Sequence record: OP856590.1
Length of the DNA: 64,000 nt
Direction: 5' to 3' (one strand)
From: Escherichia phage Ec_MI-02
Shown here: one piece after another, positions 50,041 through 58,933 of the stretch
Position numbering within the stretch: position 1 is the first letter of the stretch
How the letters are laid out: the number at the start of each line of letters is the position of its first letter
The notes under the pieces: model-generated
Databases searched by the model: none
Seen by the model: only the letters and a program-made list of their open reading frames with translations
Told to the model about the DNA's origin: nothing
Position numbers and translations under genes: made by a program

Positions 50041-50442
50041 TCACTCAATTTTACTAATTACGCGAAATAAGATTGAACAGACTATATAAGTACCGCATAT
50101 AGACTGAACTAATGCCATTCCAAAGAACCAAATAATATTATCAAACCATGTCTGTTTTACGTCGAAAGGACGTAAACTTACAGTAATATTATCACCTTTT
50201 TCTATTGAAGAATACATCTCTGGGGAAATATATTCACTAAATCTATAACCGTCTTTGAGTTCATATACGGCAATAAACGATAAACTAGACCCTTTTCCTT
50301 GTGTTCCTGTAATGGTATTAACTACAGTAACATCATAATCTTTATAATGCATATAATCATTAATTGCGTAATAACCATATGCAATTACTACACATAAACA
50401 ACATATCAATAAATTCAATCTTTTAATTATCAACTGTTTCAT
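50041..50442 (-). CDS. membrane protein (133 aa, two TM helices)
   Basis: ATG; hydrophobic N- and C-terminal segments; middle promoter upstream. Confidence 0.55.
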   Translation of the reverse strand: MKQLIIKRLNLLICCLCVVIAYGYYAINDYMHYKDYDVTVVNTITGTQGKGSSLSFIAVYELKDGYRFSEYISPEMYSSIEKGDNITVSLRPFDVKQTWFDNIIWFFGMALVQSICGTYIVCSILFRVISKIE

Positions 50443-50471
50443 AATAATCTCAATTAAAAGGGCTTAGAACC

Positions 50472-50496
50472 ATTATACCATCCTTGGTATAAAGCG
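50472..50496 (-). promoter_or_regulatory. MotA-dependent middle promoter
   Basis: cGCTTTA, 12 nt, TATAAT. Confidence 0.45.
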
Positions 50497-50497
50497 G

Positions 50498-51025
50498 TTA
50501 TGCGAGTACCGTCTTTAACCGTTCTTCAAACTTCCGAAGAGTATTTTGGCGTTCAGCTCTTTGCTTTTTGTAAGTTTCAATACGCTCTGAAATGAGAGTG
50601 TATCGTTCATTTACTGATTCTTTCATAAAATCAGGAATTTGACGAGAAGCTTTAATCTCGTCAAATTTATCAATAACAGCTTGCTCTTCAGCAATTAAGT
50701 TATCATACATTAAAATATCTTTCTTGATGAACTCAATATCTTCTTGAGTTACACGAGATAATTTAGATGCTTTATCCTTTTTGTACTGTTCGTTAGTATC
50801 ACGAGACCAGTGTAATGTACGATTTTTATTCGTATTCTTATAAATTTCTACAATACCAATCTCATCAATAATAACGATCCAATTCCAACGGGATTTGTAA
50901 ATTTGTCCTCCATCAACAGTGATTTCACCTCCGATTGAGATGTCATTAAAGAACTTGCTTTGTGCTTCAGATTTAAATTTACCATCGTTGTAATTTACCA
51001 AGTTGAAAATATCTTTAGCGTTCAT
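50498..51025 (-). CDS. hypothetical protein (175 aa)
   Basis: ATG; early promoter upstream. Confidence 0.55.
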   Translation of the reverse strand: MNAKDIFNLVNYNDGKFKSEAQSKFFNDISIGGEITVDGGQIYKSRWNWIVIIDEIGIVEIYKNTNKNRTLHWSRDTNEQYKKDKASKLSRVTQEDIEFIKKDILMYDNLIAEEQAVIDKFDEIKASRQIPDFMKESVNERYTLISERIETYKKQRAERQNTLRKFEERLKTVLA

Positions 51026-51052
51026 TTTCTGTTCCTCCGTAGTTGATAGTTG

Positions 51053-51083
51053 TATAGTACCACAGAGGAACAGTCTTGTAAAC
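51053..51083 (-). promoter_or_regulatory. T4 early-type promoter
   Basis: GTTTAC-N18-TACTAT; repeated cassette. Confidence 0.5.
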
Positions 51084-51085
51084 CA

Positions 51086-51388
51086 CTAAAAGAAACTTCT
51101 TTCACAATTTTTTCCACTGAACCAGGCGCTCACTGCTTTCTTGGTCTCAGGAGCAGTGTTATCCATAAACCATTCAAAGGCAGCCTTTTTATGATTCTGG
51201 AGGGCTTCTCGGGCTTTAATCTGCTCACGGTCTATTAACACTAACATATGAGCCTTTCTTGTCACCATGGGCTTCTTATGATTTTTTGAATACTCCCAGT
51301 CATTTGTCCATCGCATTGTTGTTGCGAACTGAAATACTGCTTCTTTAATTTTAGTTTCGTAAATTTCACGAGCCTTTGAGTATAACAT
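51086..51388 (-). CDS. hypothetical protein (100 aa)
   Basis: second ATG chosen (GGAGGT SD). Confidence 0.5.
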   Translation of the reverse strand: MLYSKAREIYETKIKEAVFQFATTMRWTNDWEYSKNHKKPMVTRKAHMLVLIDREQIKAREALQNHKKAAFEWFMDNTAPETKKAVSAWFSGKNCERSFF

Positions 51389-51489
51389 CACTACCTCCAT
51401 TCATCAGTTTAATTCTAGTCATCTTTTTAATGGCAGTCCATATAATCTATTTCTGAACTGCCTTTTTGTCATAGAAGTCCTCTTATGAA

Positions 51490-52458
51490 TTATTTCAAAA
51501 GAGTAACCTCAGCAATTTCTTCCCAACCGTTTTTGTCGGTCATAATAAAGTCAGCAAGATAAAGAGCAGTACGCAGTGAAACATTGCGTAAACGATTAAC
51601 ATTAACTTTCATCCATGATAATGCTTTATAAGTTTCTTCATCAGAAAGACCGCGCTTTTGCATCATGTCAGTTGAAAGAATAACATCTTCAACCCTGACC
51701 ATAATTTCTTCATTAGTGTGAACACCCAAATCTAAATAAACCGAGCGGGACACTAATGCTTGTAAATGTGGAGCAAGTTTAGTACCACGGTCTAATTCGC
51801 GGTCAATGTCAACGTTTGTGATAAAAACAATCGTTCCTTTAAATTCAAACTCACGCTCAATGCCTTTTTCTTCTAAGTAAGAAGACGCAGTGCTCCAGCA
51901 GACTTTACGGGTCTCTCCAGTGTCCAGAGCGGCTTTTAGAAGATTAAGAATGTCCATATCAGAGAAAACATCTACATCATCAATCAAAAGGACAGAATTC
52001 TCTTCACGATTATTCCAAAGCTGCTCATAAAGACCAATACCAGAGATTTTACCATTAATGCTTTTATATTCAATGTATCCAATATCATTTGCTTTATTTA
52101 AAGCTTTATCTAAAGAATACGTTTTACCAATACCTGCTGCGCCAGAGATAATTAATGAACGAATATTTCCGTTAATAATACCATTCGTCATCATTCCCAT
52201 AACATTAAATCTTTTATTAATGCGGGTTTTCATATCTTCATATGATTCTTTAACTTCTTCAACTTTTACACCATCATATGAAATATCTGATTTGTAAACC
52301 CAAACACCGCGACGTTTACCGTCAATTTCAACAAAAACTTTACCATCTCCTTGTGCATCTACCGGAGCATTATCTGGGAACCATTCGCCTAAGAGCTCAA
52401 AAGTTCCAGAGATTTCTTTACCGAAGTAGATACCCTTATTGATAGTTACAGTTTTCAT
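51490..52458 (-). CDS. P-loop AAA-type ATPase (322 aa)
   Basis: Walker A GAAGIGKT, Walker B VLLIDDVD; track start TTG trimmed to ATG. Confidence 0.7.
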   Translation of the reverse strand: MKTVTINKGIYFGKEISGTFELLGEWFPDNAPVDAQGDGKVFVEIDGKRRGVWVYKSDISYDGVKVEEVKESYEDMKTRINKRFNVMGMMTNGIINGNIRSLIISGAAGIGKTYSLDKALNKANDIGYIEYKSINGKISGIGLYEQLWNNREENSVLLIDDVDVFSDMDILNLLKAALDTGETRKVCWSTASSYLEEKGIEREFEFKGTIVFITNVDIDRELDRGTKLAPHLQALVSRSVYLDLGVHTNEEIMVRVEDVILSTDMMQKRGLSDEETYKALSWMKVNVNRLRNVSLRTALYLADFIMTDKNGWEEIAEVTLLK

Positions 52459-52491
52459 TTTATTCTCCAAATCCGTATCAGTTGATAGTTG

Positions 52492-52522
52492 TATAGTACC
52501 ATAAAGCTTTATGCTTGTAAAC
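52492..52522 (-). promoter_or_regulatory. T4 early-type promoter upstream of AAA ATPase gene
   Basis: GTTTAC-N19-TACTAT; repeated cassette. Confidence 0.45.
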
Positions 52523-52552
52523 CGTTTTGTGAAAAAATTTTGAAATAAAAAA

Positions 52553-52570
52553 GGGAGCCCGAAGGCTCCC
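52553..52570 (-). terminator. rho-independent terminator after NTase-like gene
   Basis: GGGAGCC-UUCG-GGCUCCC followed by UUUUUUAUUU. Confidence 0.7.
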
Positions 52571-52572
52571 TA

Positions 52573-53586
52573 TCATTTATAATAACTTCGATGGTTTTCA
52601 AGATAAACCCTCTCAAGGAAGTCATCCCAGAAACCCATGTCTACTTTTTGCTGCATACCGTTCTTAGAAGCTTCAATGGATGCTGCTTCTACTTGATCGA
52701 CCACATCTTCCAAAAACTCTTGAACAGTTTTAAATGGATGTTTACCCAACTTCACGTCGAGAATAAATGGAGCGTCTTGAAGTGGATAGACTAAGTCACC
52801 AGTTTTGTAAATTTCCAATAGTTGGAGTCCACCACGGCAAGCATGACTCAGAGCTTTCCAGTCAATGCCCTCATTCGCTTCAGCCTTACGAGCACGTTCG
52901 CCGTATTCAGCATCAAGTTTATTCAAAGACTGCTTAAGCTCAATAAGAGAAAGCGTTGTTTGATATTTACGACCCAACACAGTGTAGAACGTTTGTGGAC
53001 CTGTTTTCTCATGATTATGGAATACCCATTCACAGAATTCGTTCTCTGGAAGACGATGCTTAATATCTTCAACTTTAGTTCGACGCTGCTTAATGGAACC
53101 GTCTTCTTGGTAATCAACCCATTGCTCAGGGATTTGATTAACTACTTTCAACACATCACGTAATGCGGCCAAACGAGAACCCTTAACACCGTATTTAGAA
53201 GCTTGCTTGCGAACATATCCTAAGTAGGATTTCATGTTGGTCGTATAAAAACGAGAACGATTGTCTTGAATAAACTTCCATACATCAGGCAAATCAGATT
53301 TAACTACTAGTTCCGGTGGAGTGTGGAGCATATCCAATGCTACAGTTTCACCATCTGCTGCTAATTTAAAGAAATACTTAAGACTGTATAGTTCATGGTC
53401 AATATCATCTTTAGTGTTTTTAGATGATGTGTTGTTAGTGTTTTTACTCATATGCTCTTTAACATTTCCGATAAGAATATCGCGAGCACGAGGAACAAAG
53501 ATTTCTTTAAAATCTACATCAGATTCTGGAGTAGAAGTTCCATAAAGATGACTACCAAAATAGCTTTTCATTACTGTTTTCATCAT
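52573..53586 (-). CDS. Pol-beta superfamily nucleotidyltransferase-like protein (337 aa)
   Basis: N-terminal FGSHLYGTSTPESDVDF (hG[GS]x9-13 DhD) plus downstream DDIDHE acidic motif. Confidence 0.55.
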   Translation of the reverse strand: MMKTVMKSYFGSHLYGTSTPESDVDFKEIFVPRARDILIGNVKEHMSKNTNNTSSKNTKDDIDHELYSLKYFFKLAADGETVALDMLHTPPELVVKSDLPDVWKFIQDNRSRFYTTNMKSYLGYVRKQASKYGVKGSRLAALRDVLKVVNQIPEQWVDYQEDGSIKQRRTKVEDIKHRLPENEFCEWVFHNHEKTGPQTFYTVLGRKYQTTLSLIELKQSLNKLDAEYGERARKAEANEGIDWKALSHACRGGLQLLEIYKTGDLVYPLQDAPFILDVKLGKHPFKTVQEFLEDVVDQVEAASIEASKNGMQQKVDMGFWDDFLERVYLENHRSYYK

Positions 53587-54044
53587 TCAGCCTTATATTC
53601 AATAACAGGACATACTTTAGCTTTACGCGCTTTTAAAAATTCGACGATAATAGATTTCTTGGGTTGAATAGGAGGTAAACCTTTATACGCCCTATCAATA
53701 TTTTCTACATGTAAAGCATAATCCTTTTTCCATTTATAATCTTTATATTTTTCATGTAGTTGTGCAGGAATAACAAATGAACCAATAATAAGTAAAACAA
53801 GCAAAATGGCAAGTATAAATGCTGATGGAATAAGAGTCCATAAACTACCAAAAATAAGCCATTTCTGTATGATTTCTGCACAGATAATAGTTAGACCTGC
53901 GAGTATAGTACATCCGAAAAAAGAAACGAAAAATGTAGGGATAACAATAGACCAAAAATATGCACAAAGTGTCTTAGGTCGTTTCCATTCGTCGTTAAAC
54001 ATTTTGAATAATTTATAATGCCAAGAGTTTTCATTAATAATCAT
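53583..54044 (-). CDS. membrane protein (153 aa)
   Basis: two long hydrophobic helices; ATGA-coupled to the NTase-like gene. Confidence 0.55.
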   Translation of the reverse strand: MIINENSWHYKLFKMFNDEWKRPKTLCAYFWSIVIPTFFVSFFGCTILAGLTIICAEIIQKWLIFGSLWTLIPSAFILAILLVLLIIGSFVIPAQLHEKYKDYKWKKDYALHVENIDRAYKGLPPIQPKKSIIVEFLKARKAKVCPVIEYKAE

Positions 54045-54046
54045 AA

Positions 54047-54568
54047 TTATCCTTTCATTGAAGGTGTAACAGTTGTTAAATACTTAATCATAGCTTCAGC
54101 TTCTGATTTTGATAATGAAATTTCTCCATTATTTTGACGAATAGAAATAAAATCCGGATGACGGTCACCACCAGCTTTTAAAACACACATATAAGTATCA
54201 GTTTCATCTTCAATATTTGAAATGATTGAAGCAGTTCCACATGAATGTGGTTTTTGATAAACTAATACAGCTTTTCTTCCACCGTTTGACTGTTCATAAA
54301 CTTTTAATACATCAAACAAATCACTTCTTTTATCAATAGCTAAGATGTTGTTTTCATCTTCAATATTAAATCCTTCGGATACTTCATAAAGTGTCACCCA
54401 TAAATCACCTATATCGATAGTAGCATTTCCTTTTCCACGACTTTCAAGAATGTGACAAATTTTCTTAATTTCATCATAACTCATTTTAATAATATCATCT
54501 CCTTGACTAAGGAAGATGTCATTTTTAAATTCAACGCGAATTAAACCACTTCCACTTGAAATAAACAT
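54047..54568 (-). CDS. hypothetical protein (173 aa), paralogue of 54575..55108
   Basis: shared GFNIE and C-terminal KYLTTVTPSM motifs. Confidence 0.55.
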   Translation of the reverse strand: MFISSGSGLIRVEFKNDIFLSQGDDIIKMSYDEIKKICHILESRGKGNATIDIGDLWVTLYEVSEGFNIEDENNILAIDKRSDLFDVLKVYEQSNGGRKAVLVYQKPHSCGTASIISNIEDETDTYMCVLKAGGDRHPDFISIRQNNGEISLSKSEAEAMIKYLTTVTPSMKG

Positions 54569-54574
54569 ATTTCC

Positions 54575-55108
54575 TCACTTTGAAATCATAGTTGGAATGA
54601 CAGAATCAAGATAAGTCTTTAGCGCAATAGCTTCGTCTTTGGTAAATGTGACAATATGCGATCGAAAATCATCAATTTGACGAATAGTTAAGACATCTCC
54701 ATCTTCATAACATTTTGATACGTTTAAAACAGTTTCATCATTCTGATTGCAAGCGTTAGTAATAATAGCATTGCAATTTTTAAACCATTTTAAACTATGT
54801 TTTCTTTCATTAGAATAATAAAAATATTTAATCTTATCTATAAAACTGTCCCAATGAATAACTGATAGGCATATTGACTCGCTTTCAATATTAAATCCTG
54901 GGCATGAAGAATAAAAATGAATTTTATGCTCATCATTAATGCTTACAATTTTATCAGTATAAGGATTTTCAATTTGGGTTAAATGAATGATTTCACTAGG
55001 CGTAAAATACATCATATCATCTTCTTGCGTCAAACGATACATATTATTTACTTTTTCTATAGCTAATTCACCAAAAAGTGAACTAACTTCTAGTACTAAT
55101 CGTTTCAT
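54575..55108 (-). CDS. hypothetical protein (177 aa), paralogue of 54047..54568
   Basis: second ATG chosen (AAAGGA SD); C-terminal KTYLDSVIPTM. Confidence 0.55.
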   Translation of the reverse strand: MKRLVLEVSSLFGELAIEKVNNMYRLTQEDDMMYFTPSEIIHLTQIENPYTDKIVSINDEHKIHFYSSCPGFNIESESICLSVIHWDSFIDKIKYFYYSNERKHSLKWFKNCNAIITNACNQNDETVLNVSKCYEDGDVLTIRQIDDFRSHIVTFTKDEAIALKTYLDSVIPTMISK

Positions 55109-55109
55109 A

Positions 55110-55388
55110 TTAATCCTTTTTATTGGCATGAATTTGTTTTAAAATTTTAGAGTATTCCTTTGTATCAGATTTACGCACAATCGATACACTATAAGGCATA
55201 CTATCGGTGTCTTTTATAAAACGTTCCAAATGACACTCTAACAAAATTTCTGGGTTATAAATCGTGTACATCAAATTACCTGTTGCTCCACGATATTGAC
55301 AGATTTCTACTGATTGAGCGTCATTCCACAATTTTGTTAAGACTAAATCACCTACTTCTAATTTCGGAAAGCTCACATTATTCACCAA
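55110..55388 (-). CDS. hypothetical protein (92 aa)
   Basis: ORF; start codon uncertain (TTG/GTG). Confidence 0.4.
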   Translation of the reverse strand: MVNNVSFPKLEVGDLVLTKLWNDAQSVEICQYRGATGNLMYTIYNPEILLECHLERFIKDTDSMPYSVSIVRKSDTKEYSKILKQIHANKKD

Positions 55389-55569
55389 TTAAAGTTTCAA
55401 TTAATTCTCTTAACTTAAAAGCTTGTTCACTTGTCATTACATACTCCTTTGAATAATATCAATAATATTGTTCACCAGATTATAAGTAAACATTGGGTAA
55501 TTATATTGAATCATCACATACACAACAAACAAAACTTTCATTCTCTTCTCCTTGGCAGTTGACAAGATT

Positions 55570-55599
55570 ACTATATCATAACCTTGCCAACTTGTAAAC
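55570..55599 (-). promoter_or_regulatory. T4 early-type promoter
   Basis: GTTTAC-N18-TGATATAGT. Confidence 0.5.
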
Positions 55600-55601
55600 C
55601 A

Positions 55602-55775
55602 TTAAATGACGTTTTCAATAAAATTCTGAAGCTTTGTGTGAGCATCAACCATAATTTTCATTTCTTCCTTTGCGAAAGCTGTACCTCTTTCTCGAGCAGA
55701 ATACTCATAGTCAGAAACTGCATTAGCATATTCTTCAATTAGCTTCATTAAAAACATCTGCTTTTCAGTTTTCAT
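55602..55775 (-). CDS. small hypothetical protein (57 aa)
   Basis: not in track; ATG with GGTGGA SD. Confidence 0.3.
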   Translation of the reverse strand: MKTEKQMFLMKLIEEYANAVSDYEYSARERGTAFAKEEMKIMVDAHTKLQNFIENVI

Positions 55776-55959
55776 TATTCCACCTAATCATTTCAAGATA
55801 TTGAACTAACTTAGCTTTGGATTTATCCAAATCCTTTTTAGCTGCTTCTATACCATCATATGAATATCCTTCACAATGCTCAACTGCCAATTGGTATGAA
55901 TCTATTTCAATATCACGTGCTAATTTAATGATTTTTTCAAACTGTTCACGTGTTAGCAT
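55765..55959 (-). CDS. small helical protein (64 aa)
   Basis: ATG; MxTREQ family start. Confidence 0.45.
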   Translation of the reverse strand: MLTREQFEKIIKLARDIEIDSYQLAVEHCEGYSYDGIEAAKKDLDKSKAKLVQYLEMIRWNNEN

Positions 55960-55961
55960 AC

Positions 55962-56165
55962 TTAAACTCTCGTATTATGATCGATAATTTCATCAAGAAA
56001 CATATCTAAAGCTTCTACAGCATTATCAACTTTAGCTTCAAATTTTTCAATACCTTTATTTGCAATGCCTGACGAAAACCAGGCAAAGTCACTAAGTTCC
56101 TCATCTGCTTTGCGAATTAAAGCTACCAATTCTTTAATTTTATCTGCTTGTTCAATGCTAATCAT
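55962..56165 (-). CDS. small helical protein (67 aa)
   Basis: trimmed to ATG with TAATG coupling. Confidence 0.45.
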   Translation of the reverse strand: MISIEQADKIKELVALIRKADEELSDFAWFSSGIANKGIEKFEAKVDNAVEALDMFLDEIIDHNTRV

Positions 56166-56353
56166 TATTCCACCACATATGAAAGAGAGAATATTGCACA
56201 CGCCATGTGAGTTGCAGCTTCATCACACATATCATAACGTTTCTTAAGAAGTTCTACAAGTTCTTCACTAGTAACTTCATCCATGTCGACGAAAAAATCA
56301 CCATTAATGATGACGTAGATATTTCCTTCTTGATTGAGTGCTTCAATTTTCAT
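56165..56353 (-). CDS. small acidic protein (62 aa)
   Basis: track ORF ran through promoter; [11 protein letters not shown] with AAGAGGAG SD. Confidence 0.45.
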   Translation of the reverse strand: MKIEALNQEGNIYVIINGDFFVDMDEVTSEELVELLKKRYDMCDEAATHMACAIFSLSYVVE

Positions 56354-56380
56354 GATGTTCTCCTCTTTATCCGATAGTTG

Positions 56381-56411
56381 TATAGTATCACAGCTCAAAT
56401 GGAAAGTAAAC
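56381..56411 (-). promoter_or_regulatory. T4 early-type promoter (copy of the 15.1 kb module)
   Basis: GTTTAC-N18-TACTAT; adjacent degenerate UUCG hairpin. Confidence 0.5.
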
Positions 56412-56450
56412 CGGTAAAATGAAAAAAGGACTCCCCGAAGGAGACTAATG
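56400..56450 (-). repeat. promoter-terminator module repeat (copy of 15141..15189)
   Basis: about 45 nt near-identical: ggaaagtaaaccggtaaaatgaaaaaaggactccccgaaggag. Confidence 0.7.
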
Positions 56451-56837
56451 TTATTCGAGGGAAAGAAGATATTTGCTCTGGTAAAACATCCCAGTAATAT
56501 CATCTATCGTGCTTTGAATGGCTGGAGGCATTTCTTTATAAATGCTGTTAGATTGGTCTAGTATGCGATCAATCATTTTAATTGTGTCGGTAGGAAGTTT
56601 ACTGGCATCTGGAATAGAAGGCGTGTATTTTCTACCAGAATACCCTAAATATTGCTCACCAAATTTATCAATCAAATCTGGCAACTCAGAGAAAATAAAA
56701 TCGTATGCTTTGTGTCTAGCATAACTTTTAGTTTCAAAATGTGCAGAATGAAAATAAGCTTGTGCAGCCATTAATAAACCTAAGTATTCATCTGCCTTTG
56801 AAGGTTTTCCACTTTGTGAAAAGTCGCTGAATTTCAT
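56451..56837 (-). CDS. hypothetical protein (128 aa), rI.-1 position
   Basis: ATG; immediately downstream of rI. Confidence 0.55.
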   Translation of the reverse strand: MKFSDFSQSGKPSKADEYLGLLMAAQAYFHSAHFETKSYARHKAYDFIFSELPDLIDKFGEQYLGYSGRKYTPSIPDASKLPTDTIKMIDRILDQSNSIYKEMPPAIQSTIDDITGMFYQSKYLLSLE

Positions 56838-57127
56838 TCAGTCTCCAATTTAATGTTCATAATTCTAGCGTATGATTGTGCCATCTCCGCGCCTCGCTCT
56901 ATACATTCAAAATCGGAAGAGCACGGGTCATTTTTATAAGTCGTTCGCATAAAACTATAGAACTGTTCAGATGATTCTACGCTTTTATTTTCAAAAAGCA
57001 TATAAACATGTCTAATACCAGATTCCATAAATTTATCAAAATGAGGATCGACATTCGCTTCAATCGGTGGAGATAAAACAAACGCTAATCCTAGCATGGC
57101 AAATAGTGCCGTTGCTTTTAAGGCCAT
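56834..57127 (-). CDS. rI: antiholin RI (lysis inhibition, 97 aa)
   Basis: 97 aa; N-terminal signal-anchor MALKATALFAMLGLAFVL; position next to tk as in T4. Confidence 0.7.
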   Translation of the reverse strand: MALKATALFAMLGLAFVLSPPIEANVDPHFDKFMESGIRHVYMLFENKSVESSEQFYSFMRTTYKNDPCSSDFECIERGAEMAQSYARIMNIKLETE

Positions 57128-57139
57128 AAAGGCCTCCTA

Positions 57140-57352
57140 TCATTTTTGTCCTGTATTTACTTTATGCCGATGCACGGCCTTAACTTTATCAAGGTATTTT
57201 TCAAAATTTCGCAATCTAGTATAGTCTGCCGGAGATTGGTTGAGTGATACTTCTCGACGCAAAGCTGAAATGATATTTCCAACTTCCCTACGAATTTCAT
57301 CTAATTGAAGAACAGTAAGATTGCGAAGTTGCTTTTCAGTTAATTGTAGCAT
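57140..57352 (-). CDS. hypothetical protein (70 aa), rI.1 position
   Basis: ATG; late promoter TATAAATA upstream. Confidence 0.5.
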
Positions 57353-57377
57353 ATATACCCCTTTAGTTAGATAAACC

Positions 57378-57385
57378 TATTTATA
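57378..57385 (-). promoter_or_regulatory. T4 late promoter TATAAATA upstream of rI.1/rI
   Basis: exact TATAAATA on minus strand about 25 nt upstream of ATG at 57352. Confidence 0.6.
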
Positions 57386-57394
57386 ACTTTTGCA

Positions 57395-57976
57395 CTAACC
57401 GAGCTTTTTAGTTAATTCATTCCAGTGTTTTCTACACAAAGAAACATAAATTTCATCACCAATACAGATTTGATTACCTTCTTTAACTGGTGTTCCATCT
57501 TCCATTAATCGAGCTGTCATAATCGCTTTTTTACCACAATGACAAACTGCTTTTAGTTCAATAAGTTTATCTGCAATCGCCAAAAGTTCTTTAGAACCTT
57601 CAAATAATTTTCCAGCGAAATCAGTCCTTAGACCATAAGCCATAACAGGAACATTATATGTATCAACAATTCGGCTTAATTGATGCACCTGTTCAGTTTT
57701 TAAAAACTGGGCTTCATCTACAAATACACAATGAATATCTTTTTGTGCTTCTGCCCATTTATAGAACTCAAAAATATCCATATCATCCGTAATAATATTC
57801 GCTTCCTGTTTAATTCCAATGCGAGAAACGACTTCACAGACAGAATCGCGAGTATCAATAGCAGGCTTAAGAACTAATACACCCATTCCGCGTTCTTTAT
57901 AATTGTGTGCAGCAGTCAAAAGAGAAGCAGATTTTCCAGCATTCATTGCTGCATAAGTAAAAATTAAACTCGCCAT
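57395..57976 (-). CDS. tk: thymidine kinase (193 aa)
   Basis: P-loop NAGKSASLL; C-terminal zinc motif CHCGKK...C..H; 193 aa. Confidence 0.9.
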   Translation of the reverse strand: MASLIFTYAAMNAGKSASLLTAAHNYKERGMGVLVLKPAIDTRDSVCEVVSRIGIKQEANIITDDMDIFEFYKWAEAQKDIHCVFVDEAQFLKTEQVHQLSRIVDTYNVPVMAYGLRTDFAGKLFEGSKELLAIADKLIELKAVCHCGKKAIMTARLMEDGTPVKEGNQICIGDEIYVSLCRKHWNELTKKLG

Positions 57977-57977
57977 C

Positions 57978-58166
57978 TTAGTCCTTAGTTAAATTTTCTA
58001 AATATGTTTCTAAATCATTTTCAGCTTTATCGATAGATTTTACTAATTCGTAATATGTTTTGGCATCTCCGTATTCAGAAGATATTTCAAAAGACAAATC
58101 CTTTTCTAAACTAATAATTTCACCAACTAAAAATAATATTTCGTTCTTTTGTTCGCGAGTAATCAT
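57978..58166 (-). CDS. small helical protein (62 aa)
   Basis: ATG; paralogous to 58163..58348. Confidence 0.45.
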   Translation of the reverse strand: MITREQKNEILFLVGEIISLEKDLSFEISSEYGDAKTYYELVKSIDKAENDLETYLENLTKD

Positions 58167-58348
58167 AAGGAATTTATATAATTAATAAGTTCTTGTTCTT
58201 TATCGTCGAAATCTTTACACAGTTCTTCGTATTCGTCGGTATTAAAAGGACCGCATTCATCACAAACTTTTTCCAATTCGCTATTTTTATCCATAACTTC
58301 GTGAATAAGAGAAAATAGTCTGTCTTTTTGTTCTTTGCTTAGGCTCAC
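58163..58348 (-). CDS. small helical protein (61 aa)
   Basis: GTG start; similar to neighbour. Confidence 0.4.
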   Translation of the reverse strand: MSLSKEQKDRLFSLIHEVMDKNSELEKVCDECGPFNTDEYEELCKDFDDKEQELINYINSL

Positions 58349-58521
58349 AGTATGTCAATCCCCAAAAGTTTTAAAATGACTCGTTTCTGATTCATAACCG
58401 CTACGATTGAATGACCGTTGGGGTCTTTTTGACCTGATCCAATTATAAATCCTTTTTGCGCAGAAAGTTCAATCAAAACATCAAGTTCACGTAATAATTG
58501 ATATTTTAGATCATCGTTCAT
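58345..58521 (-). CDS. small hypothetical protein (58 aa)
   Basis: not in track; ATG MNDDLKYQLLREL; GTGA overlap downstream. Confidence 0.35.
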   Translation of the reverse strand: MNDDLKYQLLRELDVLIELSAQKGFIIGSGQKDPNGHSIVAVMNQKRVILKLLGIDIL

Positions 58522-58724
58522 TTTGGTTTACCTTCTTTAACGAAATCAGGATAAGGATAAAATCCTGAATAAAATCCTTCACCTTTATGATTGATGCATC
58601 CTTTATTAGAACAATAGCACCAATAATCGAAATCACAAGCCATTTCATCATTACATAAAGCAAAAACAACCGGCCATTCACACTTTTCGCAGTGGGCATT
58701 TTTAAGAATACTAGTTTGGCTCAT
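58518..58724 (-). CDS. Cys-rich small protein (68 aa)
   Basis: trimmed to ATG with ATGA coupling; seven Cys in CEKCEW...CNDEMACDFDYWCYC...C. Confidence 0.45.
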   Translation of the reverse strand: MSQTSILKNAHCEKCEWPVVFALCNDEMACDFDYWCYCSNKGCINHKGEGFYSGFYPYPDFVKEGKPK

Positions 58725-58933
58725 AACCATGTAACCTTTAAGCAATATTCTTCTACATGTTGTTTACGACCTTTCTTATCAATAAAGGTATATTCAACGA
58801 ATGTTCCAATATAGTCTTTATCTACATCATGTGGACTATTAATTGGGCATTTAGTACGGCAAATGCGTTCCCATTGACGAATAATTTCCACTTTGTTTTT
58901 AGGATCAAACGGATGCGGGTAATGTACTTTCAT
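58721..58933 (-). CDS. hypothetical protein (70 aa)
   Basis: ATG. Confidence 0.45.
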   Translation of the reverse strand: MKVHYPHPFDPKNKVEIIRQWERICRTKCPINSPHDVDKDYIGTFVEYTFIDKKGRKQHVEEYCLKVTWL

